This document shows positions 1 to 11,412 of a stretch of 64,000 nucleotides of DNA, in pieces. Made by a program: the position numbers and the translations under genes. The notes beneath the pieces were generated by a model that ran no database searches, was not told the DNA's origin, and was given only the letters and a program-made list of their open reading frames with translations. Origin of the DNA: Haliotis rubra (taxonomy: Eukaryota); NCBI RefSeq assembly GCF_003918875.1, contig NW_025766880.1, positions 930,001 through 994,000 on the forward strand. The letters are read 5' to 3'. How positions within the stretch are numbered: position 1 is the stretch's first letter; each line of letters opens with the position of its first letter.

Positions 1-700
1 CGCACGTCATGAATTTTACTTCAGTAACGGGTTTTCACAAGATTATTACATGGCAACAAGCTGCCAGTTAGCAGTAAGGGGACTTCGTGTGCATAGTTGA
101 TTTTTAGCAATGCGACATCTTTTACATAGCCTACTCATGGACAGACAAACCAGAGACTGGCAGTATGAGCACCAGTTTGTTGTATGATGTCAAAGACAAA
201 TGTAATTCATTATCACCGTATGATTATCAATTTAGTTCCTTTTACATTATGCCTAGCAGCGCTAACTCCTATATTTACTACTTCACTGTAGTCTACTGTT
301 AAAACCTAGTATGCAGCATCTGGCTGGTAGTTTCAAACAAACGTATCATATGTCAAACATCTAAGCAGTTCTTCAATGTTATGAGCAGTGCTGACATTAC
401 TTCGCACAAGTTCAGTGGTAGGGCGTTTAGCCTTGACCATGGACGTTGATAGGCCTTCCTGTTGGCAATCGGTAGATAACAGATGATATCTCGTTATGAT
501 CAGACAATTTGATTTTTTTAGAACCGTTGAAATGCTTTTATCAACAACGTGTACGCCTGCGTCACTTTCGGTTTTAGGCATTATGAATCTGGGGCTCTGC
601 GATGTGAAGAAAATAGGGTTTAAAAAGGCACTAAGCCTAATTCGTCCATATATTACCTCAGCTTCCTTTTTGAACGTACATTATAACATATACATTTCAG

Positions 701-2538
701 ACAAACCCGGATCACATTGTCCCAACAATTACAGATGGAGACTTCACTCTGTGGGAGAGGTAAGGTCAAACAACTGACTCTGGCCTTGGACACGTATAGG
801 CAATGTTGGTAACATGATGGAAGGCATAATCAACAGAGGATTAGTTGGGCAGCCATAATCTCGACAATATCAATACAGTCACAGGGCACAAGGAAGTATC
901 TGTGTAGACATTTCAATCATGTACAATAACAGTTAACTTGACCTCCACGACAAACAGGCCTTTATACTGCATATTATGTTCATCTGCATACATATGTTTA
1001 CACACGCCTGTTAATCCCCATACCCTTGGCTCTTCTTCATAAGTGGATCTGTTCATTATAACACACATACACACGCACACACACCGATCACATTTGGAAG
1101 AGTTAGACACATTTTGACCATGCAGCCTTTCCTAAACCTATTTACGACCTTTATGGTTGTAAGCCTTTTCTTGTTCATATGACATCAATATCAACTGTGT
1201 CTTCATTTTATCATTTGTCTTTCCATCAGTACCATAAACATACTACTTTTTACGATGTTTTAAGTCTCACCTCTTTGTGATATTGTATCCACAGCCGCGC
1301 CATCATGCGCTACCTGGTGGGGAAGTTTGGGGGTGAGGACAACAGCCTGTACCCCCGGGACCTTCAGAAGAGGGCAGAGGTGGACCGACTCCTGGACTAT
1401 GACCTGGGGGTCTTCTACAGAGCCATATTGGAGACTCTGGTCAGTAATATTACAATCATTATATAAAATACATTCCCTAACAGCCTGACCCCTGAGCTTT
1501 CTCTCATGACATAATATCCTTATTACGAAGAATATCCAATGCCAAGACTTTCGGTCAATACAGTATAATATTGCTTGATGCGTATTTCTTTTTCTGAAAC
1601 AAAAATACGTTATTTGGTCGACCCTGTCAACGTGTTAAGTCCAGAACAACTCATTGTGATCTATGGACAAATAACTTAATGAAGCACCCCCTGTATTTTT
1701 GCAATGATGATAGGTTTTCAACACCTACATAAAACCGTTCGTGGTGACCACGGTCGGAAAACTTGAGTTTTATCTGGCCCGTATGATTCTTTGACTCATT
1801 CAAAATGTCCTTTTGCGTGTCTTACAATCCAAGGTTAATACCGAGTGTAACCTCCATGTGACTGTATGACAGCCAGCACTATCCTCCACATGCCCCCTGT
1901 CAGCCCCCTGATCCTCTGACGACCACCACCACACGACGACCAATCATGTCCCAGATATGCTCCAAAGGGTTAAGATCGGGACGCATCCAATCGTGAGATA
2001 TGTCAGGGGGTCCTTAACTAAGTTCTATGTGTATACGTTAGTGTAGGTAAAAGCAGTACTCTGTCAAGCAGTCTACGATAAATCAGTTAGGATGTAAATA
2101 AATGTACAGTGCGAAATCAAAGTATTATCTTGCAGTAGGCAACTGCCTGTAGTTTAGCGTCTTACAATATACAAAAAAAGAAGAAGAAATATATATTTAT
2201 TCGTGAAAATCCGTGCTTCCTAATTTCAGATGCTGCCAGTAAGAAACAGGAATACACCAACAAAAGAACAAGAAGAACAGGTCGTCAAGGCTTTCAACCG
2301 GATTGATACACTGCTCAAGGATAAGAAGTTCCTCACCGGAGATCACATCACTATCGCCGACTTTGCGATGGTCGTTGGGTTTGGATCCGAATTCCTCTTC
2401 CCAGGGGATATGTCTAACTACCCCAATGCCATGGCATGGTACAAGAGAATGCAAGAATTGCCGTACTACCAAGAAGTGAATCAGCCATTTTTTGACTATG
2501 TGGAAAATTTGAAGAAACTAGCAGGTCAAACGTCGTAA
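701..2538 (+). CDS. Glutathione S-transferase, Delta/Epsilon-like, paralogue 1 (5'-partial; exon 1 lies upstream of the window)
   Basis: Exons 701-759 (TNPDHIVPTITDGDFTLWES), 1295-1439 (RAIMRYLVGKFGGEDNSLYPRDLQKRAEVDRLLDYDLG) and 2230-2538 (FLTGDHITIADF..YPNAMAWYKRM). All introns are GT-AG with consistent phases; AATAAA at 2765. Confidence 0.93.
1835..1995 (-). mobile_element. Tc1-family transposase 3' relic in a GST1 intron
   Basis: The minus strand reads PDLNPLEHIWDMIGRR...AVIQSHGGYTRY*, the typical Tc1 C-terminus; compare the ORF at 27078-28043. Confidence 0.75.
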
Positions 2539-4039
2539 GAACACGATTATGCACAGATCCATTTAACTGCTGAAAAAGGCAAACTACATTTATAGTCAAT
2601 TTGTTACTAAGCTATTAGAGAGGCTTAACACAGACGTGCAGTTAAAGAAACTGGGATTGACATAGTTATATTCAGGAATATACTATAACTTACTTCGTCG
2701 CACAGAGTCAAATACCTTTACAAAATCAACAAGGATAGATTTTCCTAAAATAATACTTGTGTACAATAAATTGTTAGAGTAAACATACTATTGTTATTAC
2801 TTTACTGGTTGTATCCACCTTATGTCTCCAGAACAGACAGATGTTGATGACAGATTCAAATATGTGATGAACTCTTGGTTGCCATAATACTATAGAAAAT
2901 TAAGTATCTTTTACGCTTGTATTCATCTGATGATGGTCGGCACACGTGAGACGTGCGTCATTCTAATGACCGGAAACCATACCGACGTTTCCCTATCTAT
3001 CCGCCTTTTTCTAGGCTGGTAATTTCACATTCTAGCAAACCGTTCCTATTGAGTGGTGAAAGTGGCCTTTCTAACCTTTCCACTTTTGTTACAGCTTTGT
3101 TGATAGTTCGAAAGTCAACAAACCAACAAAACAACCAGCCAACCAATATTGGTTCCATACAACACAACACATATAAACTGACATAAAACCGAAAGTACAC
3201 AATTTGGTAATTTTTAAAAGAATACCAACGTAAACATTTTGAAACCTGTGTTGATTGTGCCTTACATGTCACAATAATTAGTACACTGTACAAGCTCCCA
3301 AAACACCAGTTGCGACGTTGCCAGCCCCTTACTTATTATACAACTACTTTAACTTGTTCGTTATTAATATAACAATAAAACATACGAGTGGAATGAAAGA
3401 TTGGCATCTTTATTACACCAGAGGAGAAACTAATACAAAGCCCTCATGCGGGGGGTTAATACCTCCAAACATTCCTCCAAACATCCTGAAATGTAAAATA
3501 TACATATGGGGCCATAGTAATTAGCCATAGCCTCAAAACAGTAATACTACTGGGTGGGTGAGCTGGGGAAAATTATGAGCGCTGTACCGCCATGCGGGCG
3601 GCCATGCTTACTTGTCTAACGTGCAATGGAAGGGAGATAACTCCAGCTGGACTTATGACGATAGGAAATCTAAGGGAGGCAACTGTGCAAATATTTACTG
3701 CCTCACGTTAAAATATATTTTAAAACATTAAAATAACACATCATATTATAACATTTCTTCACTATCTCGATGGATTAATGTTCAGGAATTTCAGTCAGAG
3801 CTTCATTACTTTAAGCAGAAAATATATAAATAAAGCAAATCGATCGCATTCGCTAAAGCGACAGATTTGTTGCTTTTGCACCAAGAAATCACTTACAAGA
3901 ATAGTAATGAACATTTTCGATAAGAATGGACTGTTTTAATCACAATATTTCAGTACCGTATAGTAAAATTTGATAAAATAAAAATCTTTTTTGAGTGATT
4001 TGTTACTTATATCACAAAGCACTTGTATATTCTTCATTG

Positions 4040-4530
4040 GATGTACAATTATTTCCAAACCACATTTATTCATTGCAATAATGGCAACAACAGACTTGTG
4101 CCTCGATAGTCCCACGATGTAGATTAATGATTGCCAGACATGCGGATCCACCATCTTGTCAGCTGATGGAACAGACATCGTCTTCTTTAATGTTGGGGAT
4201 GATAAGTTGTTACGATTGCTTTGATTGTTCTGATTGTTTATTTGACCCTTGCAAGGAAAGTTAACCCATGGTTGCAAATTACTCCATAAAACCAGCTGAG
4301 TCTGCTTGGAAAAGACGTAACGTTTCACGAGAGATGATGAAGCTGGTGTCCTCTGGTAAGTCATGAGAAGATGTGTCATGTTCTTCTCCTGGCCAGGGCC
4401 AGTTCATTCCTAATAATGTTCTCATGTCCCTTATGAAGGAAACATTCTGTTTGACTTTGTTGCATGTCGAGACTCGTCGATCATCCACAATCATGTCATG
4501 CATGTCATCAACAAATTCCTTAAGGTTGGC
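4040..4530 (-). mobile_element. Decayed mariner-type transposase fragment
   Basis: Minus-strand pieces DMIVDDRRVS, LFQADSAGFME*F, SSPTLKKTMSVPSADKM and HKSVVAIIAMNKCGLEIIVHP match mariner motifs (EDRR.T, SAGK.M, H.S......GFE..HPPYSPDL) with stops and frameshifts. Confidence 0.65.
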
Positions 4531-6043
4531 AATTGATGATCGTTGACTAACATCGAGATGATAATGAGATGTTATTTCCGAGTTGCCATAAATGACAGGA
4601 TGTGTAATACATAACAGAATCCATGGTAAATACTCGATAAGACTGGTTCTTGCAAAACTATAATCTCAGTAGGAACACCACAGGTGCAGACAAAGCTTCC
4701 ACAGAGTACCGCAGCGGTTTTCCTTGTTACTATTTGATAATTCGGTGTCCATGTGTATAATACCAGGTGTGGTTAAAATATTCCTTACATGCTTAAGTCG
4801 TCCTAGCGTCTTCGGGAATTTCTAGACCTGCTCAGGAACCATGTTTACCCCCTGGTCTGCAGTATCAGTTTGCCTGTTAGACTATTTACTATTATGTTTT
4901 AGTTTGCATTAGAAAATTTTCAAAACATTTTAGAACTTAAAAAGCATGAATAATAAGTATGATTTCCAGATATATAAGCAAAGTCACTTTACTAGAAATC
5001 GCATATACTCCTTTTAGCTCCAACAGAACATTTTGTTTTAGTATTTAGTGTATTGAGAAATATATTGTATTGACTTTATTTCAGTTACGATAGGGTTTAG
5101 TTTTGTTTGGACAATCAGGTGCGTTGTCTTTCTATATTGCACATGTAAATAATGTAAGATCAAAGATGAATTTAGGATCAGACTGAATCATTCTTTGTAT
5201 GTTTTTTTCTATTCAGATTTTCAAAATAACCATTTTTTTAAATCTGTTTTAGAGCATATCCATGGGTATAATGTTAGTATTTCTAATAATGGCCACACAA
5301 GAAATGGCGTGTATAGTATTTGCATAATTTCATAATGTATAAGCGTTACCCGCCGAAGAATAACCAGGAACAAGAGCATTATCCTAAAGTATTCTATGAA
5401 AATGTCTGTTGTACTCGTCTCCTTTCATCCGTCTGTCTGCACCGTCCAGTTTGCATCTAGTCCATGTCTTTTCAAGTCCTTTTCATTTAAATGAATATTT
5501 TGCATGAATACAGAGACTTCTATTTGGGTTTTTTAAACTTTACTCGCCATTGGTTTTCCCACTTTCAAGTATTAATAGCGACTTTAAACTAAGTTATTTA
5601 TGAACACAAGAAAAAATAACCGTACCAACACCGATCCCTGAGGGACACCTGCCATCACAGGCGTAAACGTCTTTGCCTTTACCTAACGTGCTAAATATAC
5701 ATTTAATGGCTATAAATCGATGAACTGGTATACTCTATTTAATCCATCAGGAAACCATTTGGCCTAGTAATAGTACAGTCACTTGCACTGCCTTTTGTGC
5801 ACAGGAATAACTGTTACTTTTCACATCTTTAGAAATATCGAACTTTGAAGTGACTGATTGAATACAATATGTCCATTGTTGTTGATTTAGAGAAAGTATT
5901 GCCAATTCCATCTGGGCTTTGGCTATGCTAACAACTGAGAGAAATATGTCTTGGAAACCCAAACGATTTCAGGGAAGAGGAATGTGGAATGAGGAGAACG
6001 AAAAATGAACCCGTCCTTCTCATATATATCTTTCTCATTTCAG

Positions 6044-6207
6044 AAGCTTCCTTTGAGGCGACAAAATAACGCGATGGCAAGGCAATGAAGGTCTTCAGGC
6101 AGACCAACATACTAGGCAAAGGAAAAGTTTTTCACCAGAAATGACCTCATCTTTGCCGATTTTGCGTCGATAGTTGGGTTTGCAGACGAAGTCATTTATC
6201 CCGGGAT
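6044..6207 (+). pseudogene. Relic of GST exon 4 upstream of GST2
   Basis: After a tttcag acceptor it reads KVFRQTNILGK/KFFTRNDLIFADFASIVGFADEVIYPG, against KVFTRIDTLLKDKKFLTGDHITIADFAMVVGFGSEFLFPG in the intact paralogues; frameshifted. Confidence 0.75.
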
Positions 6208-6348
6208 GTGGAATTGACCAAGTTGTAAAAAGCTATAAATAAGATGTTGACTATTAGTTATGTCATTGGATATAGCGGACAGGCAGTATCGTCTGTTCAC
6301 TGGTCCGAAGGCGTCGTCTGCTAGCACATCTTGCTTGATTCGAAAGTG

Positions 6349-6824
6349 AGTAAGTGAGTGAGTTAATATTTAGCGTCACATCGGCAATATTGCAGCCATT
6401 TCATGACGAGAACAATTTACTTTATATCAATATTAACATCAATATATATAGAACCTAAATACCTGTCATCGAAGGACAGTAAATTACTACATTATCACAG
6501 CTCTTAATTTAAAACTAGTATGCTATCATACAAATAAATCACTAGAGACAACCGTACTATATAAACAAACGGGCTGTAGATCACAAGCAACTGAAGGTTG
6601 ATCACCATCCTAGGGACTATGGGGACTTACAGTACTTTAGCTACCTGATGGACCCCAGCTTGATTTATATCAACTCTTCAGCAGCTGGCGATTGCAGTCA
6701 AAGTTAGCCAAAATTAAAATGACAAAAATAATACATTTAAAACATCTAGTAAATTTACATTGACTTTGCATGTTTCGGGACTTGCGTACCCTCTCAGGAG
6801 GACAATGATTTTACAATACTTAAA
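6349..6824 (-). mobile_element. 5'-truncated non-LTR retroelement 3' end with (ACTC)n tail
   Basis: Flanked by the 14-bp target-site duplication TTGATTCGAAAGTG (6335-6348 and 6825-6838). Related copies at about 15970-16330, 63080-63350, 8900-9040 and 29200-29320. Confidence 0.8.
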
Positions 6825-6856
6825 TTGATTCGAAAGTGTTATCAAAGCAAGGACAC

Positions 6857-7089
6857 ATCTCATTGACTTTCCTCACTTAGATTACAGAGACACCTGCAAA
6901 GGGCTTTCCTATCGATTTGTTTGTACAGCATATAACCCGTGCAGTGACACACAGATTGCACAATCGTGAGCAATATCTCAATGACTTTCCTCACTTAGAT
7001 TGCAGAGAAACATGCAATGGGCTTTCCTATCGATTTGTTTGCACTGTATATAACCTGTGCAGTGACACACAGATTGCACAATCGTGAGC
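6857..7089 (+). promoter_or_regulatory. 118-bp tandem duplication of the GST2 proximal promoter, each unit with a TATA-like motif
   Basis: Two near-identical units start at 6857 and 6975, contain CATATAACC and GTATATAACC, and end 50 bp before ATG 7139. The repeat is seen; the promoter role is inferred. Confidence 0.65.
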
Positions 7090-7138
7090 CTGCTCAGATA
7101 TAGACGACGTGTTTTGTGTGGAACGTGGTCTAAATAAC

Positions 7139-10100
7139 ATGGCGAACATTCAGGTATATCACTTCATCGGAAGTCCGCCAAGTCAAGCTGTCATCATGAC
7201 AGCTAAGACTCTTGGTGTACCACTGGAGTTGAAACGACTCGACTTTATGAAGAAAGAACATCTTCAGCCAGAGTTTACAAAGGTGATTGAGTATCTTACA
7301 GACACCAGTGTTAGAAAAGGTCCATTGCAGCCGACTGTTGATGGTACGGTGACATTAGTCGGGCTGACTTATTCGTGTAATACAGCTGAAATATCATTAC
7401 TGATTAGTATTCGTATAGCATCTTTTGCTCCAGGCCGAACGCCGTATAACTTCCGCGCCATCTAACTCAAATAATGTTGCATGCATCAAATATGTTGTTA
7501 GATTGACCATCGTAACATGGAAATTCTATGCTTTGAAATAGATTCGTGCCATACATGTGGATTCTTGTCCTTCACATACAGCCTCACGTGCTGATTTGGG
7601 CATAGACATTAAACATACTAAACTGAACTTTATGGATGAGTAATGCATACCGTGATTAGTGGAATCGTATTGTCAGGAAATATTTGTCGAAGATCTAAAC
7701 ATCAACACAGCACAAGGCTCTTTTAATTTTCATTTGGAAAAATTTGCCCTTAATTCTGCCATTTATGCAAACCTTCATCCTGTTCATACAAAACTGTAGC
7801 ATGGCAAGTACTTTTCTCTTGAACAAATATACCTTCATCTGATAGCTTGGTAATTAACTTGGATCACGTGTATAATTACAGACATGTTTTAAAGTCTGCA
7901 TGTAAATAGGGCTTTTAACATTAGCATCATGGCACTCATTATGTTAAAGTCAATGGAACGTCGTTACCTTGAAACCATTAATTCGAAAAGTTGATTACAA
8001 AAGGTGTATTTATAACACTAGTACCTTCTCATTGTCTTCTTATTGCTCGAGTCTGCCTGTTAAATACCCACTCTATGCCCACATTTCGAAGTGGCGTCCC
8101 ACATTCGAAAACATCCGACCTTCAAAGAAATTATTTGCCAGAAGTCGGAAAGACATGCGAGTACTACGGCAGTTCTGATATATCTTAGAACACAGTCGTA
8201 TTGCAGGAAAAAGTTCAGAGTACTATGATGCGTGGTGCAGAAGTGTGAACCCAGATAACCCGGGTTTATAGGTCAGAATGACATTAGTTTAGCTCATGAA
8301 TCTAGTTCATATGAAACTATGTACGAAGATAACGGGTTCAGTAACAAAGTTGACTTCCCGTTGTCTATTTGTCACAAAACAGGTGAACATGTGATATCCT
8401 CACAAAGTTCATGGCCATTTTTATTATCTAAGATATGTTGTATATTAGTATCTATGGTGATCCATGTGATCTCTGATATGTATTGTATTCGATAAATACA
8501 GATTTAATCTGGGAGAGTGTGTTGCAACAACGGAATATTAACCGCTGATTCACGCTATGGGTGGCATATGTCCACAGTCGCTCTCACCCACGTTGCCTAG
8601 ATTAATTGTTTTGAATGAAGCACTACAATACTGGCACAAGGATGAGCACTTCATGAACTCTACTTCAGTAATAAGTGCTTACAGGATTGTGACATAGTAA
8701 CTAGCTACTTTGTGTTCACGTAGGTGATCTTTTCACCGAAATCAATGTAACAACTTTCAAATACTCTATTCCACGACAGAGGATGTTAGTACGAGCACAC
8801 TGTCGCTGTATAATGATACACGTGATAAGATATATCATTCATTGGTCCTAGTTAACATGTTTTAGATTTTATCACTAGTTTTAAATGGATATCTGTGATA
8901 AACTAGTAGTTTTACTGTTCTTCGTCAACAGGTTTTATTTTATTTTATTCATATATGATATAATCATTAATTGTTCTCGTTACGATATGGCTGAAATATT
9001 GCCGATGTGACGCTAAATATTAACTCACTCAGTCACTCACTCATTCATTGGTCAGTTCATCAGTCATCATGGCAACTACGAGTGAGTGTAAACATCATTG
9101 AAGATAAACAGCAGTGTTTTGGCTGAATGTGGAAGTGATGGACGTAATAAAATGTTTACCTCAATTAAATGTCCGTCAAGACCTTAAAACATTAAGGCAG
9201 GGCGTTTACCCAAGGCTTACCTGTTATTATTCGGTTAGGGGAGAGTTTAAATTTCAAATTGAGATAAGTTTCTTTGTGATCTTTGATTATTTGCTGATGC
9301 GTAAAATCTCTATCATTTTTTTTCTAATGTCATATTTCAGCACTCACAACTTTAAATGCTCTGTGACGTCTTAATTACTCAATTAAGTATAATGTATATT
9401 TTAGATAAACCCGGATCAAACCGTCCCAACAATGATAGATGAGGACTTCATACTGTGGGAGAGGTAAGCTTTCATCCTCGACGTCAAATAAATCGAAATC
9501 AATATTGATAAGCCAAAACTGACCCCCCTAAGGTCCTAAACTTACTTTCACTTAATGAATACAAAATCAATCACTAAGCACAGATTCATGTTCATGTAAC
9601 ACCATTCATCGTCAGCAATCACATTCTTGAACTATTTCTAAAATTGACACAATGCCACTTGGTGTCCCCATACTATGTTCTGTGATCAGGATCATGAGAT
9701 GACTGTTCTATATCACGTACTAGTTGTAGTCTACTTAAAAAGAGAACTGATCATGTGTCAATCACAGGATTGTCTGACCCAGACCCGGTTATATACCACA
9801 TAGCTTATTTGGTATGACGTTACTTGCAAAACTCACTAAGTTATAGTTTGTAGCAGGTTGTTCTGAATATCGTGATTCATGTTTGAATAAAGATAAAGTT
9901 ATTGTCAACAATGGAGAATATTTCAACACCAAGTTGGAAGCAGTTTGGTGAGTTCTGGAAGCGAGACGTAATGGAGTTTGCATCATAAGTTAGGAGTTGC
10001 TGGCGATTCCGAACATTTGAAAATACGTTTTGTTTAAAATTTGTTTGAAAATTCATAGCTTCAATTCCCTTCAGTTGTTTTTATTTTCATTCCCAGTGTA

Positions 10101-10976
10101 TCACATTCTAACAACTATCATGAACCAAATATACCTCGTCTATGTTATTCACGAAGGTCGTTACTTTGACATCGGATGTATCGTCAGTTTCTTAAGTTGA
10201 TATTCATTAAGTACCACACACATTTTATTCTGTGGGATATTGCAACTCTCACCACTTGACACTATTGTATTGGCAGCCGAACTATCATGCGTTACCTGGT
10301 GGGGAAGTTTGGGGGTGAAGACAACAGTCTGTACCCCCGGGACCTCCAGAAGAGAGCGGAAGTGGACCGACTCCTGGACTATGACCTGGGGGTCTTCTAC
10401 AAAACCTTGATTGAAGGTGTGGTAAGTACACAAACAATTTTGTTTTTGTTCTTTTCTTTTGCCATGGTGGAAGATGCGGTTAGTAACCGTGTAATGTTGC
10501 TCGGTTAAATAATTTGCAGTATCTCTGTTGAGATGTTTGTGAACAAATTTCGATCTAGCATTAGGCGATAACCCAATACTTTGGATTTACAAATTATTAA
10601 ATATTTTGGAGAAGATAACTATATAAACACCTATTGAGTATTGTGTTACTATGATCCCCTATTTCAGTGGCTGCCATTCAAAGACAGAACTCCGAAGACA
10701 AAAGAACAAGAAGAGAAAGTCACGAAGGTCCTCTCACGATTTGATACACTACTCAAGGATAAGAAGTTCCTGACCGGAGATAATCTCACCATTGCCGACT
10801 TTTCGATGGTTGTTGGCTTTATAGTCGAGTTAGTCTATGAAGGCGATAAGTCAAAGTTCCCCAATGCTATGGCGTGGTACAAGAGAATGCAGGAAGAAAC
10901 ATGCTTCAAAGAAACGTATGACACAATCAAGGACTTTGTGGAAATGATGAAGAAGCAACACGCTGAAATGCCATAA
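7139..10976 (+). CDS. Glutathione S-transferase, Delta/Epsilon-like, paralogue 2 (218 aa)
   Basis: Exons 7139-7282 (MANIQVYHFIGSPPS, catalytic Ser), 9405-9463, 10277-10421 and 10668-10976; GT-AG junctions and an open frame. Confidence 0.95.
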
Positions 10977-11266
10977 CGCAGATGTTCAGGTCTTATGCAA
11001 GGATCGCAACTGCATTGTTGTCACAACGCCAGGTGTTGTAACTAGCTGTAGGTTCACATAATCTTCATCGCTATTTTGCCAAGGGAATCTGCCAAGTAAT
11101 ATTTCGGGGTACATACTGGCTGTAAGGTTGTATCAATTATCATTTTAAAAAGTATGAAAAAAAACCGTAATACAGTATCTTATACAATGTAAGTGATGCA
11201 CGTTTATGTGTTTTTTATCTTTCTGTTGCATGATATGACCCAGTATTATATCTTTCCAGGTCTTGA

Positions 11267-11412
11267 CTGTCTAAGTAAACTTAGGCTCAGTATTATTCGT
11301 TACACTGCTATACTGAGTCTAAAAGGTTACCTGACGCGACCTTCCACAAGGTTTTGTTAGACTCAGTATAGCAGTGTAACGAATAATACTAAACGTAAGT
11401 TTACTTAGACTG
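11267..11412. mobile_element. Hairpin MITE with 10-bp TSD (Mutator-like)
   Basis: Inverted arms of about 65 bp (GTCTAAGTAAACTT...AAGTTTACTTAGAC); CAGGTCTTGA duplicated at 11257-11266 and 11413-11422. Confidence 0.8.

Noticed and set aside
2924-2985. CTGATGA...GAAA possible hammerhead
   Set aside because: No convincing stem I or III around the core; likely chance.
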